Positions 44,501 through 52,448 of a DNA stretch of 64,000 nucleotides are shown here, one piece after another (positions within the stretch are counted from its first letter, which is position 1; every line of letters begins with the position of its first letter). The DNA comes from Azolla caroliniana. Taxonomy: Eukaryota; Plantae; Polypodiophyta. Where the stretch lies: positions 124,001 through 188,000 of the forward strand of contig JBHGNT010000029.1 in the NCBI GenBank assembly GCA_043228905.1, in the 5' to 3' direction. The translations under genes were made by a program, and so were the position numbers. The notes under the pieces are model-generated. The model worked only from the letters and a program-made list of their open reading frames with translations, searched no databases and was not told the DNA's origin.

Positions 44501-47268
44501 TTCAAAATCTTGATTTTCTAATTCCATATCATAGCTAGTGTTGTTTGCTTCGATTCGCATCTTTGAACACTAAAATCGGATATCACACGAGCCAGGTATG
44601 AACATTTTAATTTACTCCCGCGCTCTTCTCAACTTTCTTCTCTAATTTTCTAATTTCTTCATGTCTCTCGACCTGAGTTTCAAAATCTTGATTTTCTAAT
44701 TCCATATTATAGCTAGTGTTGTTAGCTTCGATTCGCATGTTTGAACACTAAAATCCGATATCACACGAGCCAGGTATGAACATTTTAATTTACTCACGCG
44801 CTCTTTTCAACTCCCTCCTCTACTTTACTAATTTCTTCATGTCTCTTGACCTGAGTTTCGAAATCTTGATTTTCTAATTCCATATTATAGCTAGTGTTGT
44901 TAGCTTCGATTCGCATGTTTGAACACAAAAATCCGATATCACAAGAGCCAGGTATAAACATTTTAATTTACTGACGCACTCTTCTCAACTTTCTCCTCTA
45001 ATTTTCTAAATTCTTCATGTCTCTCGACCTGAGTTTCAAAATCTTGATTTTCTAATTCCAAATCATAGCTAGTATTGTTAGCATTGATTCGCAAGTTTGA
45101 ACACAAAAATCCGATATCACAAGAGCCAGGTATAAACATTTTAATTTACTGACGCGCTCTTCTCAAATTTCTCCTCTAATTTTCTCAATTCTTCATGTCT
45201 CTCAACCTCAGTTTCAAAATCTTGATTTTCTAATTCCATATCCTAGCTAGTGTTGTTAGCTTCGATTCGCATGTTTGAACACAAAAATCCGATATCACAC
45301 GAGCCAAGTATGACAATTTTAATTTACTGACGCGCTCTTCTCAACTTTCTCCTCTAATTTTCTAATTTCTTCATGTCTCTCGACCTGAGTTTCAAAATCT
45401 TGATTTTCTAATTCCAAATCATAGCTAGTGTTGTTAGCATCGATTCGCATGTTTGAACACAAAAATCCGATACCACAAGAGCCAGGTATAAACATTTTAA
45501 TTTACTGACGCAATCTTCGCAACTCCCTCCTCTAATTTACTAATTTCTTCATGTCTCTCGACCTGAGTTTCAAAATCTTGATTTTCTAATTCCATATCCT
45601 AGCTAGTGTTGTTAGCTTCGATTCGCATGTTTGAACACAAAAATCCGATATCACACGAGCCAGGTATGACAATGTTAATTTACTGACGCGCTCTTCTCAA
45701 CTTTCTCCTCTAATTTTCTAATTTCTTCATGTCTCTCCACCTGAGTTTCAAAATCTTGATTTTTGAATTCCATATTATAGCTAGTGTTAGGAGCTTCGAT
45801 TCGCATGTTTGAACACAAAAATCCGATATTACACGAGCCAGGTATGAACATTTTAATTTACTCACGCGGTCTTCTCAACTCCCTCCTCTAATTTACTAAT
45901 TCCTTCATGTCTCTCGACCTGAGTTTCAAAGTCTTGATTTTCTAATTCCATATCATAGCTAGTGTTGTTAGCTTCGATTCGCATGTTTGAACACTAAAAT
46001 CCGATATCAAACGAGCCAGGTATGACAATTTTAATTTACTGACGCGCTCTTCTCAACTTTCTCCTCTAATTTTCTAATTTCTTCATGTCTCTCGACCTGA
46101 GTTTCAAAATCTTGAGTTTCTAATTCCATATCATAGCTAGTGTTGTTAGCTTTGATTGGCATGTTTGAACACAAAAATCCGATATCACAAGAGCCAGGTA
46201 TGACAATTTTAATTTACTGACGCAATCTTCTCAACTCCCTTTTCTAATTTACTAATTTCATCATGTCTCTCGACCTGAGTTTCAAAATCTGTATTTTCTT
46301 ATTCCATATCATAGCTCGTGTTGTTAGCTTCGATTCGCATGTTTGAAAACTAAAATCCGATATCACACGAGCTAGGTATGACAATTTTAATTTACTACAT
46401 GCTCTTCTCAACTTTCTCCTCTAATTTTCTAGTTTCCTCATGTCTCTCGACCTGAGTTTCAAAATCTTGATTTTCTAATTCCAAATCATAGCTAGTGTTG
46501 TTAGCATCGATTCGCATGTTTGAACACAAAAATCGGATATCACAAGAGCCAGTTATAAACATTATAATTTACTTACGCGCTCTTCTCAACTCCCTCCTCT
46601 AATTTCCTAATTTCTTCATGTCTCTCGACCTGAGTTTCGAAATCTTGATTTTCTAATTCCATATCATAGGTAGTGTTGTTAGCTTCGATTCGCATGATGG
46701 AACACTGAAATCGGATATCACAGGAGCGAGGTATGACAATTTTAATTTACTCACAGGCTCTTCCCAACTCCCTCCTCAAATTTGGTAATTTCTTCATGTC
46801 TCTCGACCTAGGTTTCAAAATCTTGATTTTCTAATTCCATATCATAGGTAGTGTTGTTAGCTTCGATTCGCATGTTTGAACATATCACAGGAGCGAGGTA
46901 TGAACAATTTAATTTACTCATTCGCCCTACTCAACTCCCTCCTCAAATTTGGTAATTTCTTCATGTCTCTCGACCTTAATTGCACAATCTTGATTTTTTA
47001 ATTCCATATTATAGCTAACGTTTTTAGCTTCGATTCGCATGTTTGAACAGGGAAATCCGATATCACACGAGCGAGGTATTAACATTTTAATTTACTCAAG
47101 GGCTCTACTCAACTCCCTCCTCAAATTTGGTAATTTCGTCATGTCTCTCCACCTGAGTTTCAAAATCTTGATTTTTTTATTCCATATCATAGGTAGCGTT
47201 GTTAGTTCCGATTCCCATGTTTGAACACAGAAATCCAATATCACACGAGCGAGGTATAAACAATTTAA
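17550..47268. repeat. 178-bp tandem satellite array, segment 2 (several variant zones)
   Basis: Same monomer and orientation as segment 1. Variant composition changes near 29850, 40600 and 46720. Confidence 0.98.
43669..47268. repeat. Left copy of 3600-bp satellite duplication flanking the PLE
   Basis: Rare monomer variants (TGACAGTTTTAATTTACGG ~44243, GCATTGATTCGCAAG 45081, CATATCACAGGAGCGAGG 46881, TAATTGCACAATC ~46977) recur at a constant +11448 offset. Confidence 0.93.
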
Positions 47269-47504
47269 TGCTATGACCGTAGGATCGTGACAAGGAGTGC
47301 GAGCGAACTAGCACAACTATTGAGATGATATGGGAAGAGTAAGAAAAGAAATAAAGCAATGATGCAAGTGAAACTAAGGTGAGTAGGATTAGAGGTGACC
47401 AAGAGTAAAAGAGAATGAGAGAATGAGATGAAAGAAGAAGAGAAGAAGAGAAGAGTGAGTGAGAAAAGAGAAAAGAGAAAAGCTTAAGAAATTTTCATTA
47501 GAAA

Positions 47505-47556
47505 GACCTTGTGCAAACTAGTTTCGCTCTAGGTAGAGCTCATCAGTGCCAAGGTC
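47505..47556 (-). ncRNA. Minimal type I hammerhead ribozyme (copy 1)
   Basis: Minus strand reads GACCTTG-GCA CTGATGA GCTCT-ACCT-AGAGC GAAAC-TA-GTT^TGC-A-CAAGGTC. Core CUGAUGA/GAAA is intact, stem II is 5 bp, stem I is 10 bp with one bulge, and stem III is tiny and palindromic. Predicted cut after GUU between 47516 and 47515. Minimal hammerheads are an established feature of PLE pLTRs. Confidence 0.9.
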
Positions 47557-47576
47557 ATTTACAACAAGAGGGTAGG

Positions 47577-47584
47577 TTTATATA
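47577..47584 (-). promoter_or_regulatory. Putative TATA box (TATATAAA) of the PLE promoter, copy 1
   Basis: Minus strand CCCCCTATATAAACC lies ~20 nt upstream of the hammerhead and just downstream of a (CT)15 tract; a pyrimidine-rich leader follows. Confidence 0.6.
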
Positions 47585-47590
47585 GGGGGA

Positions 47591-47592
<2 letters not shown>

Positions 47593-47622
<30 letters not shown>
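47593..47622. repeat. (GA)15 microsatellite in the PLE non-coding region
   Basis: Perfect dinucleotide run; same length in the second copy (52266-52295). Confidence 0.95.
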
Positions 47623-47625
<3 letters not shown>

Positions 47626-47775
47626 GGAGTTTAATGATGGGAGAGAGGGAAACGGGGAATTGTGATAGGTAATGGATTGGTTAGTGAAAGTGGGTTAGAG
47701 GGGGGTTATATGTATGTACATGATAAGTGATAGGTGGGGGTGGGTGTGGGGGTGGGATATAAAAGGCATATAGTA

Positions 47776-49638
47776 TTAAGTGGGAGTTTTTATGGATTTA
47801 TATTTAGTTTTGACGAGAAGGGAATGAATGGACTTAGACTTAGTCCAACATATGAAGGGTCGCGGTAGTTCGGATAGTTGGGGATGTGTGGCTAAATCTG
47901 CGTGGAGGTTTTCTAGCATGTCGTGAATTCCTAATCTAGGGGTATCTTTCGTATACCTAAGTTTGAAGATGACAGGTATAAGGGTACTTTTAGGTTTTCT
48001 ACTAAATACTAGTGATTTCCTAGCGTTAAATGGCACCTTTTTATAATTCTCTAATATAAAAGAAAGGGGATACCCTCTCTTAACTAATCTACTAAAAAAT
48101 AGTTTTTTCATTCGAAGGAAACCTAAGGGGGTACTTTCTCTAATTAGGTATCGTTTTAGTTCATTAATAATAAAATGACGTTTTAAGTGAAGGGGGTGAA
48201 CTGACGAGAATGAGAGATATTGGTAGGCATTTTGGGGCTTTTGGTAGCAATTAAAGGAGAAATGTGAATTCTTTAGGTTAATCCATAAATCTAAGAACGG
48301 TAATCTAAAGGGAGAAGTGGTGATGGTAATTTTGATGCAATTATTAGTGGAGGTGTTATAGAACTGGAGGTAATTTTCTAATTCGGGTTTAGTACCTGTC
48401 CATATCCCGAATGCATCATCTATATATCTAGTGAAATAAAAAAGATTAGGGTGTGATGGCTGGGAGTTCTCTAAGTGAGCTAAGAATAGGCATGCATAAA
48501 CTACAGAAAAATTACTACCCATGGCTGTACCCTTGACTTGTTGATAGATTATGTCATCAAAGGATAGAAAGTGATATTCTAATGTGAGTGCGCTAAGTGT
48601 ATAGATAAGGTTAGTTTTAGAAGATGAAAAATGTGGGGTAATCATTTTTCGTAAAGCTTGGAGTCCTAACCTAGGGGGTATGCTGGGATATAGAGATTCA
48701 ACATCAAAGGTGAAGATAAAGCTATTAGGGGGTGGGTTGAGATGTTCTAAAGTCTGGACAAGGGAATGTGAGTCTTTCAAATATTGCTTTTGAAGGAGAA
48801 GGATAGGCATGAGTTGGTGGTGAAGCCATTTTGATGTTTGTTCAAAAAGGGAGTTATTGTATGAGCAAATAGGTCTAAAACCTATTGGGTTTTTATGGAG
48901 TTTTGGGAGGAAATAGATATTGCATACTTTGTACCCTTTTGAGGGTTTATGTAGTATGTAATTGGCTTCTATGTTGGATAGGGTACCAAGATGGTTATTA
49001 ACAATGTTTTTCAATCTATAGGATAATTCCTCAAGTGGATAGTGGGAGACTTTTTTATATGTATTAGTATCAGAAAGGTGTTCTATAGCTTTGTTATAGT
49101 ACGTGTCCTTATCAAGAACACACACTCCAACATTCTTGTCAGCAGGTAGGATTATGATTTTGTTGTTTTTCTTAAGAGATTGTAAGGCTAGTGATAAGTG
49201 AGGTGCAATCCTAGTGGGTTTTAATTTGAGTGTATGAAGTGTGTCCCTAAAGATAGTTTGGTGTTTAGATATAATGTTTTCTAAGGGAGTGTACTTAGTA
49301 GGAGGTTGCCAACTAGGGTTAGGTAGCTTAAAGGGATTTTGGGGCAAATTATCCACATCTTTAAAAAAATGTTTAAGTCGAAGGGTCCTACTTAGGCTAT
49401 CAAATTCTTTAAGTAGGGTAGGGGATGATGGTGGAGAAGATGGGAGGATGTGTTTCAAACCTAGGCTAAGGAGTTGTGTCTCATGTTTAGAGAGGGAATA
49501 ATTAGAGTGGTTGTGGATCCTACTAATTCTAGGTTTATTAAGGAGAGGTGTCCAAAATTTATTACGGGGTTTCCTACTATGGGTCTTTTTCACATATGGG
49601 GAGAAGGGAAAATTAGGTGTATGACGTCCTAACCACAT
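47776..49638 (-). CDS. Penelope-like reverse transcriptase without GIY-YIG endonuclease (frame open upstream to 49758)
   Basis: PLE RT motifs ADKNVG, YFLPKLHK..FRPICS, FDVESLYPSIP, YQQVKGTAMGS, RYIDD, LPFLDL and thumb YQKP..YL.FSS.HP. The protein ends at SIHSLLVKTKYKSIKTPT with no GIY-YIG motif. Confidence 0.95.
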   Translation of the reverse strand: MWLGRHTPNFPFSPYVKKTHSRKPRNKFWTPLLNKPRISRIHNHSNYSLSKHETQLLSLGLKHILPSSPPSSPTLLKEFDSLSRTLRLKHFFKDVDNLPQNPFKLPNPSWQPPTKYTPLENIISKHQTIFRDTLHTLKLKPTRIAPHLSLALQSLKKNNKIIILPADKNVGVCVLDKDTYYNKAIEHLSDTNTYKKVSHYPLEELSYRLKNIVNNHLGTLSNIEANYILHKPSKGYKVCNIYFLPKLHKNPIGFRPICSYNNSLFEQTSKWLHHQLMPILLLQKQYLKDSHSLVQTLEHLNPPPNSFIFTFDVESLYPSIPPRLGLQALRKMITPHFSSSKTNLIYTLSALTLEYHFLSFDDIIYQQVKGTAMGSNFSVVYACLFLAHLENSQPSHPNLFYFTRYIDDAFGIWTGTKPELENYLQFYNTSTNNCIKITITTSPFRLPFLDLWINLKNSHFSFNCYQKPQNAYQYLSFSSVHPLHLKRHFIINELKRYLIRESTPLGFLRMKKLFFSRLVKRGYPLSFILENYKKVPFNARKSLVFSRKPKSTLIPVIFKLRYTKDTPRLGIHDMLENLHADLATHPQLSELPRPFICWTKSKSIHSLLVKTKYKSIKTPT

Positions 49639-49701
49639 GAAAGTATCTAAAGTAGAAGTAGGTCTATCGAGAAGGTAAAAGAGACGTTTCGCGGGATGTA
49701 T

Positions 49702-49755
49702 GGCGTGCCGAAACTGTTTACTATCGCGTTTGGCACGCCTAGCTACACGTTTTTT
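49702..49755 (-). promoter_or_regulatory. Predicted -1 programmed ribosomal frameshift signal (copy 1)
   Basis: A-AAA-AAC (49755-49749) is in ORF1 phase with one codon before the TAG. A 9-nt spacer leads to the GGCGTGCC...GGCACGCC stem with inner AAAC/GTTT. The RT frame is -1 relative to ORF1 and stop-free from 49758. Confidence 0.8.
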
Positions 49756-51920
49756 GTCCTAACATTATTACATGGGAAAGTTTGTAGTTTTGTGGGAAGG
49801 GGCCGATTATTATGAGTACGGATAGGTTGTTTTCTATGAGGGATTTCATATAAGTGTGGGGGAAATTTTGAGGGTGCGGTAGAATATTGAAATCTACTAG
49901 AAGTAGAAGGGGAGTTATGAGTAAAGAAGGGGGGGGTATGTGTAGGAAATGCATGAAAAGGGGGAGGGGTATAGTTTGGAAATAGGGAAACGTTGTGGGG
50001 GTTATTAGGGGGGAAATGCATAGGGGCATGGTTAAAAAATGGGGGAGGGGTATGAGGGGGGTTTATAGAAAATAAAGGGGGGGCATGCATCAAATTTGTA
50101 GGAAGTAAGGAGGGGGGGGGAGGGGCGTGATTAGGGTTAAACGAATATGGGAAGTGAGAGGGTATGTTTGAAATTGTCTGCAGGGATGGGGTGGGGAGGA
50201 GAGGAGGAGGAGGAGGGCCGCGAGGGAAAGACGGAAGGTCGTTCGTGCCATGGCTTGCATGATCTCCTGCACAGCCGCCATGGGGATACACTTCTTGTCT
50301 TATGTTGGCACGTGTGCCGCTTCCAAAAGATGTACGGCCTTCGCATTGGATGGACCTCCCGTATCGACCCGTAGGATAATCACCGCCACAGCTCATGTAG
50401 CCGCCGTTATGGTGTGACAATCGTCCACCATCGCCACACGTGTAGCCGCTATCGAAGTAAGATCTTCGCTCTCTATTGTATCCTTCCAATTCAAATTCCG
50501 GCGAGGTATGGTGGTGATGTATAGGCCGCGAGTGTGGCTCGTGTGAGGCTGAAATATATTGGTTTGAATTTCGTTCGATGTGAGGATTTTGGACAGATGT
50601 CCTCGGTGGGTATGCCGCTTCCGCCGTGCATGGGGGAACCGTGTGCCCTATATGGTTAGTTGGGTTGTAGATAGGATTAAAGAAAGGGCGATTAGGGTTA
50701 TAAAGTAAGACTCGTGGGCCATAATGGTTTTGATGAGGACTTTTACTTACTTGATTATTTGTTATATTGCAGATGTATTGCGGGAGGAGGTTCCGGTGGT
50801 TCAATGATCGAGGATTTCTTTTTGCTGGAAAATTAGGGTTAGGGTTAGGGTTAGGGTTAGGGTTAGGAATAGGGTTAGCAATAGGGTTAGATTTTTGAAA
50901 AGGATTAGGTTTTAGGTTCTTTGTAGAGGATTTTAGTTTGGGGTTGGGGTTAGTGTTAGAGTTAGCGTTAGCTTTAGGGTTAGGTTTTTGAATGGGAAAA
51001 TTTGTAGAGGATTTCTTTGGTTTTTCACTCCCAATGTAATGCGGAATTGTAAAGGGACTGTTATTAACATTATAATCTTCATTATCACTCATCTGTATGT
51101 CGATTTCTCTAACATTGTTGTGCATGCTACTCTCTGCTTTGTCTCTACCTATAGTGGCCTTCTTTCTAATAGCCGCGGTAATAGAATATGTAACTGCTAC
51201 TTCATCACAAGATCTAAGGATTTCTGTGGCAAACTCTTGTTGCCAATGTGCCATTCTATCTTGGAATGAATCGGGACCTACTAGTGATGTTACTTCTTGT
51301 ATGAATGGGGGTTCTTGCATTGTTTCCATTATTTTTACTATGTCGGTACGAACTTGATTAGGAAAATCATCTATGGCTTTGGTTAATGCGTGGACTAATA
51401 AGTCTAAATGCCGAATATAGCATGTTGTAAGATCCTTGCGATATTGTGTTGTGAGGGCTAGAAATTCTGTTCGCAAGCTCGAATTGATCTCCTCATGACC
51501 TATTGTTAATTTCGGTGGGTGAACCCTAAGATTATGAGGGGTGATGTCATGTGAGTTTAGATCAGAGATACGCTTATACGTATTCTTAGCTTCTTGTGTG
51601 CGCCTATAAAGATGTTTAAATTCAGATACCACTTTACGCTTATAGTCGTCAAAGTGGTGTGAGGACATATAAGAGTCGGAGGAATTTACCTTTTCATTAC
51701 TAGGATTAGAGTTGAGGAAAGTTGGGGATAATGTAGGGGCGCGTTGTCGTTTATTAGGACGTTTGTTGGCGCTTCTAGGTTTTGTTGGTGTCGGTGTAGT
51801 TGATGCCATCGCTGCAAAAGTCATCATCTGTTGTGGAGGGAACTCGGCACTAAATGGTGATTCGATGCGAGTCGAAGTATCACTATTGTGGGTTCCAAAC
51901 TCCGATGATAATCCCTCCAT
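49743..51920 (-). CDS. PLE ORF1, ~725 aa: helical/coiled-coil-like N-terminal half, low-complexity N/P-, G/H- and P-rich C-terminal half; function unknown
   Basis: Uninterrupted ORF upstream of the RT. First ATG is at 51920 (the track start at 51929 is a TTG). No CCHC knuckle or enzyme motif recognised. The coiled-coil call is by eye. Confidence 0.8.
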   Translation of the reverse strand: MEGLSSEFGTHNSDTSTRIESPFSAEFPPQQMMTFAAMASTTPTPTKPRSANKRPNKRQRAPTLSPTFLNSNPSNEKVNSSDSYMSSHHFDDYKRKVVSEFKHLYRRTQEAKNTYKRISDLNSHDITPHNLRVHPPKLTIGHEEINSSLRTEFLALTTQYRKDLTTCYIRHLDLLVHALTKAIDDFPNQVRTDIVKIMETMQEPPFIQEVTSLVGPDSFQDRMAHWQQEFATEILRSCDEVAVTYSITAAIRKKATIGRDKAESSMHNNVREIDIQMSDNEDYNVNNSPFTIPHYIGSEKPKKSSTNFPIQKPNPKANANSNTNPNPKLKSSTKNLKPNPFQKSNPIANPIPNPNPNPNPNPNFPAKRNPRSLNHRNLLPQYICNITNNQVSKSPHQNHYGPRVLLYNPNRPFFNPIYNPTNHIGHTVPPCTAEAAYPPRTSVQNPHIERNSNQYISASHEPHSRPIHHHHTSPEFELEGYNRERRSYFDSGYTCGDGGRLSHHNGGYMSCGGDYPTGRYGRSIQCEGRTSFGSGTRANIRQEVYPHGGCAGDHASHGTNDLPSFPRGPPPPPLLPTPSLQTISNIPSHFPYSFNPNHAPPPPSLLPTNLMHAPPLFSINPPHTPPPFFNHAPMHFPPNNPHNVSLFPNYTPPPFHAFPTHTPPFFTHNSPSTSSRFQYSTAPSKFPPHLYEIPHRKQPIRTHNNRPLPTKLQTFPCNNVRTKNV
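50833..50867 (+). repeat. (TTAGGG)5+TTAGG telomere-type repeat inside ORF1 (encodes Pro-Asn repeats)
   Basis: Read directly; degenerate copies continue to ~50890 and at ~50930-50985. Confidence 0.9.
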
Positions 51921-52177
51921 AGGAACCAAGATAACAATTATTGCTATGACCGTAGGATCGTGACAAGGAGTGCGAGCGAACTAGCACAACTATTGAGATG
52001 ATATGGGAAGAGTAAGAAAAGAAATAAAGCAATGATGCAAGTGAAACTAAGGTGAGTAGGATTAGAGGTGACCAAGAGTAAAAGAGAATGAGAGAATGAG
52101 ATGAAAGAAGAAGAGAAGAAGAGAAGAGTGAGTGAGAAAAGAGAAAAGAGAAAAGCTTAAGAAATTTTCATTAGAAA

Positions 52178-52229
52178 GACCTTGTGCAAACTAGTTTCGC
52201 TCTAGGTAGAGCTCATCAGTGCCAAGGTC
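52178..52229 (-). ncRNA. Minimal type I hammerhead ribozyme (copy 2), in the 5' leader of the complete unit
   Basis: Identical to 47505-47556; predicted cut between 52189 and 52188, ~270 nt upstream of the ORF1 ATG. Confidence 0.9.
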
Positions 52230-52249
52230 ATTTACAACAAGAGGGTAGG

Positions 52250-52257
52250 TTTATATA
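52250..52257 (-). promoter_or_regulatory. Putative TATA box positioned to drive the complete unit
   Basis: TATATAAA on the minus strand ~330 nt upstream of the ORF1 ATG at 51920. Confidence 0.6.
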
Positions 52258-52263
52258 GGGGGA

Positions 52264-52298
<35 letters not shown>

Positions 52299-52448
52299 GG
52301 AGTTTAATGATGGGAGAGAGGGAAACGGGGAATTGTGATAGGTAATGGATTGGTTAGTGAAAGTGGGTTAGAGGGGGGTTATATGTATGTACATGATAAG
52401 TGATAGGTGGGGGTGGGTGTGGGGGTGGGATATAAAAGGCATATAGTA

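Larger units (their letters stand above)
47269..51941 (-). mobile_element. Endonuclease-deficient Penelope-like retroelement, complete 4673-bp unit
   Basis: Contains ORF1, a PLE-type RT ORF and a hammerhead motif. TGCTATGACCGTAGG starts at both 47269 and 51942, defining the 4673-bp unit; the RT ORFs show the same offset. Confidence 0.93.

Noticed and set aside
2158-47224. Many 60-106 aa ORFs in the satellite (MPIEANN..., MSKLKLS...), and similar ones at 58487-63627
   Set aside because: Chance translations of the 178-bp monomer; they recur only because the DNA repeats, and have no protein motifs.
47376-47386. Splice donor AG|GTGAGT suggesting a PLE intron
   Set aside because: It is on the strand antisense to the ORFs, and no matching acceptor or exon logic could be supported.
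47776-49638. Telomerase, group II intron, retron or LINE RT assignment
   Set aside because: Motifs (LPKLHK..RPI, GTAMGS, YIDD, HP thumb), the hammerhead and the partial-tandem layout fit PLEs; no TERT T-motif, maturase or APE/RLE domain is seen.
50833-50867. True telomere or healed chromosome end
   Set aside because: Only ~35 bp, internal, in frame within ORF1 and not at a junction.
49241-51963. Short overlapping or antisense ORFs within the PLE (and duplicates at 53914-55047)
   Set aside because: Shadow frames of ORF1/RT in compositionally biased sequence.
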